This document shows, piece by piece, positions 38,865-52,200 of a stretch of 64,000 nucleotides of DNA. The notes under the pieces were generated by a model. It was not told the DNA's origin and did no database searches. It saw only the letters and a list, made by a program, of their open reading frames with translations. Both the position numbers and the translations under genes were made by a program. How positions within the stretch are numbered: the first letter of the stretch is position 1; each line of letters begins with the position of its first letter. The DNA is from Phoronis australis (taxonomy: Eukaryota; Animalia; Phoronida), in assembly GCA_002633005.1 (NCBI GenBank), contig NMRA01000169.1, forward strand, positions 413,387 to 477,386, written 5' to 3'.

Positions 38865-39007
38865 CCGTTCAGTAACGCTAGGACCTCGCTAAAGAGCAAG
38901 ACTTCGAGAGATTACGTGAGATATTGTCGTGTATTTTAAATGAGAACATGTGACTGTGACTAGGTTTTAGCTAGGTCCTAGCGTAGGTCCTAGCATCTAC
39001 TGAACGC
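38865..39007. mobile_element. Small foldback element / MITE remnant
   Basis: CGTTCAGTAACGCTAGGACCT ... AGGTCCTAGCATCTACTGAACG inverted ends, with an internally repeated TAGGTCCTAGC. Confidence 0.5.
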
Positions 39008-39036
39008 ACGCCAGTCTTACACCTGCCAACCGTAAG

Positions 39037-40235
39037 TGGTCATAATCAAATGTAGGCCTAAGTTTCTTGAACGGAAGATGAGTTTACAGTTTACTGTTAT
39101 ACCATTCCTTAAATTGCGCATCCAATACATTGGAGAATTAAGAACGCCCGGGGGGACTTCCCCGTAGGCACGCGGCCAAAAAAATTCTGATACCGCTTTA
39201 GGGACTAGGCGAACATGTTTCCTTCGAATATTTTGGACGCGGTTGCTTCTCTTACACATAGTGACATCCCAGCGCATTAGGCAAACGTATACACACATCC
39301 GCAACAGTTCTTACGTACAGTACATTAACATGGTGGTGATTTATTGATTTCATTTCACATAATATACACAAAGGATTACGCACATAAACAGAGAAGTTAT
39401 TGTCAATTATACATTTCGTCAACACATTTTCGCACAATTCATATTATTTCCATAGGTGCTTTACGCATATAAAATTTGTAATCCATAAAGGCAACATATC
39501 ATAGGGAGAATATGACCAAGTAATCTCGAACGACCTCGCTCTTTGGCCAAACATTTCCACTTTCTTGGAGCAAATATATCTCTATGCCCCGTTACTTCTT
39601 CCGTGTAAACCATGTTTTTTTCCAATAAAGCTATCNTGGTCATAATCAAATGTAGGCCTAAGTTTGTTGAACGGATGATGAGTTTACAGTTTACTGTTAT
39701 ACCATTCCTTAAATTGCACATCCAATACATTGGTGAATTAAGAAGGCCCGGGGGGACTTCCCCGTAGGCACGCGGCCAAAAAAATTCTGATATCGCTTTA
39801 GGGACTAGGCGAACATGTTTCCTTCGAATATTTTGGACGCGGTTGCTTCTCTTACACATAATGACATCTCAGCGCATTAGGCAAACGTATACACACATCC
39901 GCAACAGTTCTTACGTACAGTACATTAACATGGTGGTGATTTATTGATTTCATTTCACATAATATACACAAAGGATTACGCACATAAACAGAGAAGTTAT
40001 TGTCAATTATACATTTCGTCAACACATTTTCGCACAATTCATATTATTTCCATAGGTGCTTTACGCATATAAAATTTGTAATCCATAAAGGCAACATATC
40101 ATAGGGAGAATATGACCAAGTAATCTCGAACGACCTCGCTCTTTGGCCAAACATTTCCACTTTCTTGGAGCAAATATATCTCTATGCCCCGTTACTTCTT
40201 CCGTGTACACCATGTTTTTTTCCAATAAAGCTATC
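39037..40235. other. 599-bp duplication across a single-N gap (N at 39636); probable assembly overlap
   Basis: 39037-39635 is repeated at 39637-40235 with a few SNPs. Confidence 0.8.
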
Positions 40236-40257
40236 GCAGACATCTCTCTTTCTCTCT

Positions 40258-43200
40258 CTAACCTAGAAGGTTTCGTATTTCTCTTGGTATTTTCACTTTC
40301 CTTTCTGGGCTACGTGTAGTTGTTTGGTTCGAGCCTTGTAATGGCGCGGGGGGCGACCCCGTTACATCTGCAATGTCACGCAAACTGATTTTAAGACCTG
40401 AAAAACTTTTGAATACTCTTAGAAAAGGAGGAATGTTTAGTAATGACTTTGATCTTTCCTTCCATTCAAAATTACTTTTAAGACTTATCTCTTAAAAGAG
40501 ATAAGTCTAAAAGTTGGTCTTACACTTCCACTTCGCTATTTTGAGCACCGCACACATTAACCTGCAGCTATGGGTTTATTCACTTAAGTTTTTCGTGAAA
40601 CAGACCCCAAGTCAACTAGCGCCATCTTTAAATCACATGGTTTACGAAACCATTCAGTGGACCGGGCGCATTTGTAAGGCTCTTGCTATTCGTTGAAATA
40701 AATGTGGACTTACATGAGAAATCTTCGTTTGGAAAGGTGTCCTTCAGGGTCCATTCAAAATATTTTTCCACGTTGCTGCAGGCTTCGATGTCGTTCCAGT
40801 ATTTTGAAACCTGAAAACCGTTATTAAGAACTGTTAACAGCCTATTTGCCCTGTTCTCAAGGTATTAACAAACAACACGGGGACCGCCAGTAACGTGAAG
40901 TAACTTGTCATGCCTATATTTTTCTTTGTAACTACGTGATGCTTCAGTTTTATGCAACTTGTCTGACACCAACCACACACATTTTTTTATTACACTGAAA
41001 ACAAATAGCTCAAGATGGAAATTGCGATATTAGTGTGGCAAAACAACTGACTGAATTCAGCTGTGACGTTAAACTGTCCAGTTTATTTATTGACATTTGT
41101 TTTAATTATGCTTCCAGCGACACCGGAAGAATATCATCAGTATAACAAACTAGGAAATGAGAAATGCTAAATGTCTCCAATAACAAAATATTTTTGTGGC
41201 TGAAATTTGGATGATGAGGGATGATTTTGATAACTTCGTAGGTAGTTGAATTGTTATGATATCGCACGGGTTGATTCTTACCTATCGTTGTGGTTAGCTG
41301 CGCAGTTAAAATTGCATTCTACTTAATGTTTAGCTGCCAAAACGAAAAATGAATATTTAAAAGTCAATTAAGCTCATAAAATCTTACTAATTTTCTTTAC
41401 AGTGACAGTGCTCTATTTCCATTAACAAAATGAATATCGAAAACATCATAGACTCAAGGAAATCATTCAAAGTTTGTTGAGGTTGGACAGCCCTAAACCA
41501 TGTAAGTCCGAATATAACGCGTATACATACAGGCATTACCTGCGACATGAATTGACGCTGATTCGGCGACTGCAACAATTCAGGATGAGGTTGGAAATGG
41601 GTTTCTAAAATCATTACCAACCTCACTCGTTTAAGAATTCCATTTTTGGCAGCTTAGGCAATTCATCGTAATTTACCTTTAACCAGAAGAGTGTGATTGG
41701 CCAGTTAATTCACCAAAAACACGCAGAGGCATTCTTGCATAGGTCCTGACCACCTGATCGGCAGAGCCGTCGATTCTCTGGTTGACCCCTCTTGGGAGTA
41801 CGGTGCCGCTATAAGTTAAATTTGCGTCCACTAGTAATGATTTCGACATCTGGGATGCGCTCCTTTGATCAAGTCTCAAGCGAGACCACAAAAAATCATG
41901 AGAGTGAAAGGCGTTTTCACAACTATGTTCGAGGCCTTTCAATCGTAACCTAACAACTTAGCGGCCATATGTTGCGTAGTCGTTTGTGGGTGAGTTTAGA
42001 ATGTTGGATTATATGGGATGGAATTCACGAATTTTGCCACAAGTGTCTGGTTAATGTCTTGAGTCTACGGAATGCAGATCTGTTTGCGCTCGATCCCAGG
42101 TGTGACCATCGCAAATACCTTTACGTGTATGGTTGGCCAAGTATTACATAGGCTCCCAAGTCTATTGTTAAAAACAATTATCGTTGTTATTATATTTGGT
42201 TACTGATTGGCTGATTTATCAAAAAATAGATTTTTTACTGTCACAAGTATTTATACAATTATTATTTATGTGGTTATTTATTTTCATTATTCTTGGCTTA
42301 ATTTTGACTGATTGATTTAATACTGTTCAGAAATGTTTTGCACCAAAGTTATTAACAGTTCTTATTGTCTATTACCGCCATTATTTCTGACTTCTGATAG
42401 CATAAAAATTATTTTTGTCATAATTCTGACATTATGACATTAATCAAATCGGACTTAGCCTATATTGTTCTCGGAAAATTTGGACACACCAAGCTCCGCG
42501 AAGTAGACATCAATTGTTGTTTATCAAATACATGATAGGGCGATTTTTGCTCTCTATTGCATCTTCGGCACGCCTAATCATTCCAGTATTCCAAATGAAG
42601 AATGCGTTTTGGGCGCCCGTTACTAGACGATGGAGCGTGACTTTGTTGAGCAGTACTGAGGTCACAAGATGTAGCTTATTACGCTTAATGGATAATGCGG
42701 GTGAGATCGTATTACATTTATAAACTTTTTCTCAGAGATTGAACGTTGTTCGAGAACGTTCCGTACATAACACGATCAACCCCCATACCCGAATGGAATT
42801 AGTAAGAATGCTAGATCACTCACGGTGCAGTAGTGGCGCATGTTGTTGAACATACGCTTCATGTTGGACACAAATTCTCTGAGAGAGGCGTAGTGTCGGT
42901 TGGTCAGTTTGTAAGCTATCTCTTGCAGGCTTATCGGGAATTTCACTATACTGTAATAATCTGGCAGCTGTAAATGGTGAAAGAGAAGCACATTGCGACG
43001 ATTCTCACTTGAGCTCGATGAAACTACATAGCCAACGTGCACAACAAATTCCGAGCCTGTGTGAAACGCAAACGGTTACCCAAACAAAATGCACACACTG
43101 CTAGGTTGTGATGTCTTGCAGTAGACTACACGATTAGAGCGAATCACACATACATGTACATTCTGGTGAACGACACCCTGGTTACTTAAAATGCGGGTGC

Positions 43201-46200
43201 ACCCATTACGGCGTTTTCCAGTTGTTCCCAACTTCTTCGATTCTATAGCCAACAACAAGTTGGGAAGTTTACCCCTGTAGCCAATATCTTACGCGACTGA
43301 CATTCATGGTTGGAGGGCAAGCTCTCTTTTGTTCGATAATTTCAATAAGATCGCCATCTAGCCTGACTGGGTTGTGCTGTTAAAATGAAAGTTAAGTTAT
43401 AACATATTTGAACATAAACCAATAGGATTTCTGAAATGGTCGTCAAATGGTGATCATGTTTAGTTTTTGAATCGCCAAAATCGCCCAACTGCAACCGAAG
43501 TTACGATAACCTATTCTTTCGGAATGTTTCAATTCACTCTGGGTTTGACGGTGTTCACACGTGGTATGTAATAAGCCTGGAAGATAATTGGCCTGCCTGT
43601 TGTCATAACAGACAAAAGACTATGCTTTGCTGTTAACCAAGAAGGTAGATGTTATCACAGGCTCAGAACCCCCTACGTCTGGTAAAGTCACTGAATGGGA
43701 AAACGCTGTCATGCATCCAACCTTATAGTTGACCAATAGAACAAATGTGAAACACATGCTTTCCAACGTCATTAGATTCATTTTCAGAATTCCATGCTGT
43801 TAGCTCTATATAATGTAAATTCCGTAATGTTATAGCATCAGGAAGTCATCGCAATAGCAATAGATGTCGCAAACCGTACTGTTGGTATCATAACATTAGA
43901 ACTCAGTGTTCAACTTTCCACGTCACGAAATCGTTGGTTAATAAAGGATCAAAACCAGCCTGCCCATGCACAAGGCGAGTGGCCTCTAGTATAAGAAAAA
44001 TTTCAGTAAGAGTTTGCCATTTGCTGAAATTGACAAGTAACTGGGTAATGTAATGAAATTACTCTTTAGTAATTGCCCTACCTGATCTCGTTTAATAGGA
44101 AACCTGAAGATATCCGCTTGCACGTGGTTGTGCACAGCGTTCACAATTTGACGACATTCCTGCGGAAATGAACGTGGTATATACGGTATTAACATAATCA
44201 CACATTTTTATACAATTTCTGGTTTGTACACGTTTTGGTGACTATGACCACGTCAGACATTGACCACTGTTTTTACATGTAGCTGCATGTGCTTTTTCTT
44301 ATTTTTATCTAAATGTTACATAACTTGCACGTTTGTTTTCAATTGTATTTTATGCATTCCTCATATACTAGCTGTTCTCCCATACCTGTGTATATCGAAA
44401 ACCTCGGGCCTTTGGCGTTGGCATAACCTCTTCAACAGACGTCGAAGGTTTGTTGTCGTCTGGACTTTCCTTCATTTTATTTTGAAAGCCAAGTTTTCGT
44501 CGAACCCCGGGCTTTCGTTTATTCGGCAGTGTTGAAAACCGTGGCTGTTCCCCATCGTAAGCGTCTAGTTCACTGCACTGCCTTTTCCGAGAGGCGACAC
44601 AGTCGGTGGAAAAGGCAAGTTGTTTCTCTTGAATGTCTATGTGGAACACAGGACTATTCTCACAAGATGTAACTACGGGTGACTTGTATGGGGTCGTGCT
44701 GTTGCTGTCGAAATTACAGAATTGCCCCGCTGTATTTTCAACAATGGCATGAGCTTCGACGTGTTTTTGTTGCAGGTAGTGGTGCTGCTGCTGCTGTTTT
44801 TGAAGTTCTAACTGTTGGTGGCACTCGTGTTCCTGTTGCTGATGACGACGTACCTGCTGTTGCCAATTATTCTGAGATAAAAACATTTTGTCAGGTTCTT
44901 CTAGTGTCTCTGGGATTGATTTCCCCAGGTCACGTGTAAGATAGTGAACAGTCTGTGTAATCTTCCCAGCCAGAGACTGGAGATACCTTTGTCTATTGCG
45001 AACATAGGATAGTTTCGTCTGAGTATATTTATTTGCAGTTTTCTCCTTGAAAAATAGATTGCCTGTGTCGTGCAGAGCCTTGAGGCTTTCCATGGTAGTT
45101 GGCGTTGGTTTTGGTGTGCTTGGAGTGCCCCTGAGCTGCAGTGCCCGAGTAAGCTTTGCCTTCATCGGAGTACTCACGGTAGGCGTTGAATGTGTCGATG
45201 GAAGCAAGTCAATGTCCATGCAGTAGTCTGCGTCCGTGTCACTGTACACAACAGTTTGTGACATTTTGTCGACTTTTCCTGGAATACACGATACGTATTC
45301 CGTTACAGAGGCACCCCTCTCAGACAAATCCATTTGGAGCCTTTCGAGAATTGGTACAGTTATACTATTAATAGCTGTATCGATGCCATTTTGTTGCAAA
45401 TCGGTGGTATACGAATCGAGTAAACACGTTTCCTTCGTTTGGCAATCATTGGTGTTTTCAGTGACGTAATCATTGTCGTACGGTAATTCTTCCTCGTGGT
45501 CAACAATGTTCACGTCACAATTTTTGTTGTCTGCTTCAGATATTACGTAACTGATTTCTTCACCCTCCTCTGGAAGGTTTTCTTTAACAGGCGAACTTTG
45601 CTTAAGGATTTTGATGTCAAGGTGATCAATACCATGGCAAAGCTCTTCATCCGCTTCCGAATTTGATTTGCATTTGTAGTCGTCATCCGAAGTCGGAGTG
45701 TTTTTGTCGTCTGCAAGATGTTGACGATGCACCGGACTGTCGCCACCTATGACTGAATCAGACTTGGTTTCTTTGACGTGTGCTCGGTGGAATGAATCTC
45801 CTTTATAGTTTTCTTGAGTGCCTTCACTCTCACGAATTACAGCCGGAGAAAAGGCGTTGAAACTGTCATCTGTTTCGTTTCCACCAGTAAGACAAAAACT
45901 CGGACTGTCAGGAAGAATCGAGGCATCGGGTATGTCCAGTCGCGGACGTTTGGCCAGCGATGTTTCTGTTGCGTCAAAGTGACCCGTAAACCGTTTTGTG
46001 ATGTGTGGCTGCTCCGTTCTCCCATGCCCTCGCCCACGACATTTTCCCGATCTGCGAGGAGTGCTTGTTCGCAGTGGCTTTACACTCAAGCTCTTGGGCG
46101 ATGAGTTTCCATACGATGGCTGAAGAGTTGCTGTTACAAATAAGTTTGGTCGCCCTTGGCAATATCCTACATAGTGACGGATTTGACGTGCAAAGACAGT

Positions 46201-49200
46201 GACGTAAGTGATGGATGACCTAATGATAGATCGCAAATAAGATGGCGACACAACATACTCGTTGGTGATAAGGCTTGTACGCGAGGCTGTGAGTGTTGTT
46301 AGAATTTTAAGTGTGTTGTGAATGGTCTGCTTGAAAGAGTGAAATAAGTGCCATAAGGTAGCTGTGTCGTTGGCAGCAACCAGTTCGCTGTTGATGAATT
46401 GATGAGTAGAGTTTCCCAAGAGAACCAACTCTCTTCCCATACACATTGCTTCGTTCATGACTTGTCTTTCGTTCCTAGTCTGTGCTCCTCGAACCGTCTG
46501 CTCAATGTAGAACATTGACTGGTCACAGGCGGGGTTACTGTTGGACTTAGTGATTCTGCGATGACTGTCAATCGTGAGATGTGACGGAGGCTCATCAGAA
46601 CAGAACATGCACGGACAATCTTTTCTAAAATTGTCCCCTTGATCACTCGATTTCATTGACAACGAGGAGTCACTTTCGCTACTACTAGCATGTTGGGTTT
46701 CTTCCCATTCTGCTTCACATGGGTTACTTTTCACAATACGACCAGTGTAGTCTGGCAGAAGGCTGTTGCTAACTGTCTCATGTTTGCGGACGTTTTTACT
46801 TCGCTGCGCCCACCACCGTTTCTTAACCGATGCATGTTTTGTCGATTTCCTCGTAGTTTTTTGTTCTTCAGTGCAGTTGATCAAGCCTTTGACGTCACCA
46901 TGTCCATTTTGTGTATTTGCCAAGCCGTACAACGAAATCGATTTTGCTGACGTTGTAGAACTTATTTTTGTGCAAATAGTGTCATTGTCTGTAAATGCCT
47001 CCTGTCTTGGATTTGCCCGGCTCGTGTACTCTAACGATGTTTTTACAGCCTGATCATAGGTAGTATAGGGAATCGTATCCTGTGTTTGTTTTTTAATATA
47101 GTTTGTGTTTGCCTGCCTTAAATCTGTCGGTGATTGCTTCTCCTTGGTGACTGAAAATGGTTTTCTACTGTCTTTCACATCCGAAATAAACTTTCCATGA
47201 GGTCTTTCTGGTAAATTCTGCAATGAAATTGTAATGATTTCCAAGTTAATTTCGAGAACAATGAGATAGACCCTGGAGCTTTACGAGCCAACCACCGTCA
47301 CATAATATATTTGGAAACTGAGAGCAGCGCCACTAGTCGAAGAATTTTTGCAGTTGATGAAATGTCCTGAATCGTAGCCAGGATCGTTCTCACAGTTCGT
47401 AATATTGGCAGTGCTTATTTTGGGTAACCCACACATATAGCTCGCGTCTTTTGATTCAATTGTAATGGAGCATTTTGCAAACAGAATCTTGCCGTCAATC
47501 CACTTATGTGCATGTACGACCCTATAAAAATAGCTAAAATTGACTGAGTTCGGGAAACCAAAATGGCTGATAGATTCATAATGAATTTTTCCAGTACTAT
47601 GCTTTATGCACTCCTTTCAAAATATTGTGAGGATTTATGTTTGAAATTTTCCACTTTTGCATAAGGGGCTATCCAAAACAGGACTTTAAAAAAGTTGCAC
47701 AGAGTTGACGATAAAGGCTTACATATCCTTAATTCATCATTTGCATACGTCGTGAATCATTCAGAGCACGTAAAAGCTGCCCATAGCTTACCTGATGGTG
47801 GAGTTGCGGCGCTAGTGTCAAGCATGCAACGTCCACTCTGCACTGGGTGAATTGAGTCGGTCTGGCACAGACCGGACACTCGACCAGGTGGTTTTCCACG
47901 TACTTGGACGTGTTCCATGCCATGACTAGACACTGAAATTGATATTGGACAGTGAAACTGTTAGCTTTGAACACATAATTACACAAATGGTTGCTTGGCG
48001 ATCCTGAGGATAACAATGTCGATGGAATTCGTGAATAGTATTATGTCGAGTCACAAATGATACAGAAGTAGCAACGGATAAAATAATAAGTTTCAGGGCA
48101 TTCAAGTTGACTACGTCCGAGAACAAATAAAAACTCTGAGCTCCAGTAGTGCCAGTTGCATAGATAGCATTGATGCCAAACTATTAAAACTGGCGTCTCA
48201 GCAAATAACTGAGCCCCTTACCAAAATCATGAATTTAAGTTTTTAAAACGGCCACAATTCCTAATGCATGGAAGATGGCGGTCGTTACTCCTGTCTTTAA
48301 AGACAGTGAAAAATCCAGTTGTGAATATTATAAACCAATATCGGTCCTCCCTGCAGTGTTCAAAATTCTTGAAAGGTGAGTCCAGAAGCAGCTTCACCAG
48401 TTCCTGGAGGAAATTTCCTTCTATTGACAGCACAGTTGGGTTTCTGCCCCCTGCATTCCACTCTGACTCCAAACATGCACGCTACTGAGTTTATCTTTAA
48501 GAACATGGATCAGGGGAGGCTTACAGGTGTTGTTTTTGTTGACCTTAAGAAAGCTTTTGACACTATGGACCATGGTATCCTATTAAAGAAACTAGAGTCC
48601 TATGGAGTTTACGATAACGAACTATTTTGGTTTCAAAACTACTTATACGACCGCAAACAGGCCACCAAATACGGTGGTATTGTTTCTGACTACTCAACCG
48701 TTATCACGGGCGTACATCAGGGTTCCACTCTGGGCCCTCTATTATTCACTGTTTTTGTTAACGAGCTCCCTACTGTCCTCCACAACAGTGTACCAGTTTT
48801 ATATGCTGATGACACAGCAATTATGTCCCAGCTGGATCAGTAAAAGAACTTGAGACTTCTCTCAACGATAAGCTAGCCCTTATCCATAACTGGCTGGTTC
48901 AAAATAAACTCACTGTTAACGTTAGTAAGACCAAGTCCACGCTGTTGGAAACCCACCAAAAATTAAAACAACAGAAACTGTCCCTTTCTGACAACGGTTC
49001 CCTATCGAGAGAGTTGAAAAATTTAAGTACTTGGGCCTTATTTTAGATCCCGATCTTAAATTTAATATGCACATAGATCATATCACAAAGAAATTGTGAA
49101 AGCAAATCGGTGTACTTAAACGTCTAGGTAAATTTCTTAATGTCAGCACTCTTAAAACATTTTACCATTCTATTATTCAGCCTCGTATTGGTTATTGTTT

Positions 49201-52200
49201 ACCGGTTTGGGGACATGCCAGCAAGACAAAGTCCAAGTTATCCAAAATAGAGCTGCCAGGGCTATCCTGGGTACTAGAACTAGGGACACCCGGGTCGACG
49301 ACTTGTAGTCCAAGCTTGGATTTATAAAAGTAAAACAAAGAAATAAATATCTCTCTGTCTGTTGCATGTACAGATGTGTCAATGGCTTGGCTCCAGCATA
49401 TCTCAGCCGCAAATTCAGTAGGAGTCGATCTATTTACTCTACACGTTCTTCTGTTGCTGGTTATATTTCTTTTAAAAAAATAATAAAACCCGAGACCGGC
49501 AAGAGATCTTTTGTTTTATGCTTCTGCTGCAATATGGAACTCCGTTAGCCCAGGAATTAAACGGTCTGATTCAATTAATACTTTCAAAACTAGTAAGTGT
49601 CTGTAGTTTACTTAACCATTCTTACACCGTACCTGTCTTAATTATGTCATTTTCACTATTGTAAATACTCTCGCTGTTAAGTATCACATCTTTATTTATT
49701 TCATCTCTCTTAATCAAATTTTCATCATTCTCGTCATTCATTTATTACCTGAATCGTCAAGTTGTTTTAGTTGTGTCTTTGTTAGATGTATTTAATTATT
49801 GTTCTACTTCTTTATTGCATTAACTTACTGTTAATGTTGAGGGCTCTCTTGGAAAGCAGTGCTATCACTGAAGAGGCCACTATCATTTTAAATATTACAG
49901 TTAATAAATAAAATAAATAAATAAATCTGAACAAAAACACCAATAACGGTATGGATTACTCAAGTGAATGTTAAATATTACAGTTACCTGAAATAGGGAT
50001 ATGTTACAATGTCTCCTTTTCAGTTTTCATCGAAACCGTAAGGGAAAGAAAATGTCAAACAAACAAACAAACAAAGGCACAGAATACCAACAGCTTTGCT
50101 GGCAGAGGCTTTTACTTCGTTTGGCCTTTTTGCAAAATCATACATTGATACTCGCTGTAGTGTCTAGCATAGTGTATCTGTGGTAACGTGTGTTGGCGAC
50201 TTTCGCTAACTTTGTCATAGTTCGACCGATATAAAATCCTTGGTTCGACCCTCGCGTTCGGAAAAAGTTTTGTAGAATTACAATAACTCTTGTCCGTTCA
50301 GAACCCGGATATCAGTTTCATTTGGAAACACCAACAGTCTCCTAACAAACTGGTTTAGTAAAGCATAGTTTTGTGGAAGTCATGGATCTCGCCGTTCGAA
50401 ATATCTGTTAAAGTACATAAAACCATCTTGTTTTGATTACATTTTCAGTATCATGGATACCTTCCTTTGTATGCGCTAACTGGGAAGCGATACCGGAGCT
50501 AGTTTACAGTGAAACAACACAACAACACGTGTAGGTGAGATAAAAGTTCATATATTATGACAAACTCAAGTACTACAGGTATCGATAAATACAAAATTTA
50601 TATGATATGTTGAACTGTAAAGGTGGGTGACAATCTGCCACAGATGCAGCAGAAGCCTGCATCCGCCCACCCGAGGGTATGTCACTTCAAAACATAATCG
50701 TGAATTTAATATCCCAAAAACGAGAAAATAGAAAAACGACTTCAGTTGAAAATTTATTAGCTCCGCGCACATGAGTGTGAGGTATGAACATACTCAGCGC
50801 CAATGTGTCATGTCATCTAACACGAGAGTTTCTTGTAAAATCTTGTGTCGTATCCGCCCTTTTCCGATGTCCCGCGGGAAAGTGAAAAAGCCACAGCGAG
50901 GTCAATTACTAGGCTGTCACAGACGTCACAGAATCAACCACTCTCCATTACTTATTACATTATAAACTATAGGAAAACGAGCAGCGATATCTGACCACCT
51001 TTCACACTAAACACAACTGAAGATGACTAGTGATGACTAGTGATGTGATTGGTTGTCCCGATTTTTTGTATTACTTGTCGACGAATGAATGATGAGAATT
51101 CGAGAACAACTAATTAACATATCGTAAGATAGTGTGTGTGTAGTTGGTCGACTTGTTGGGTTGTTTTTGTTGTTTTTGATATGAAATTGGCTATTTTAAG
51201 TACTTTACGGGTTCCTCTGTTTGGCCTTGCATTAAAATTTAATCTTAATGTGTTGTGAATAATCACATTAGCAAGGAACAAAAAATAATCTCATGACTGT
51301 CAGTTTTAATCTGAAATAAAAACGTGTCGCTTTTAATTAATAACTATAACTGAGGTAAGAAAATGGTCTTTGATAGAGTGCACTCCTTTTCATGCTACTG
51401 ACGGTAGATTCTTCAGTTGTGGGCATCAAAACTGCAGACAACCTACAGCTTTGAGGCATCTTACTTGCCAGTGTACATTTCCCCTACCAAAATTGGCCTC
51501 CGTGTTAGTTCTGTGCTGGTTAGTGCAATGTTGTCCAGCACAAGAACGTCCTTTTGGTTTCAACTCCAAAAGACAGGCATCCCATTACAAAAAAAAACTC
51601 TCGTTTGGTTTCAACTCCAGAGGACAGCGGTTTCCAAATCGAGGCTAAATCCAGACATCAATCTACCAGTAGTCCATTCGTGAACGCTCCCGCGGTCAGT
51701 TATCTACCACAGTTCAACTAAAACGGGTACCAGACAATCGAAATGTAATGCGTCAATTTTGGTTAATTTTTATCATATTTCTTCTGGTAAAAATGATCTT
51801 AACCTAACTTTTTATGAGGCATTAAGGTTTATAAACCAGTTATAATCCAGGTAATAGCGACTGTTATATTGTCGCGAAGTCGTCACGAAACCGGTATTTG
51901 CTCTGCTCCATACAAAATGACCTTAGATGAATGCTTCTGATAAATAGGCTTCGTGACGACAGCGGGCCTTGTACAAATCTACTGTCTAAGTACAATGTGC
52001 CGTAAAACGGACCGAGCATATAGACATCATGGGCCGAGTCTCTAACCGTTTCCAATTTGAGGCTAAATCCAGATACCAATCTAGTTCATTGTTAAGTTTT
52101 ACCGCAGGCCAATGCTACCACGATTGAAAGAATTTCTAAAACGTGTGCCAGAAAATGGAAACCCTGACCCTCTATTTTGGTTAATTGTGAGAGTACTTCT

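Noticed and set aside
50560-50960. Cys-containing minus-strand frames (FCDVCDS, GFCCICG) as additional zinc-finger exons
   Set aside because: They are interrupted by stops and lack compatible splice sites; the RING is already complete with exon 52992-53105.
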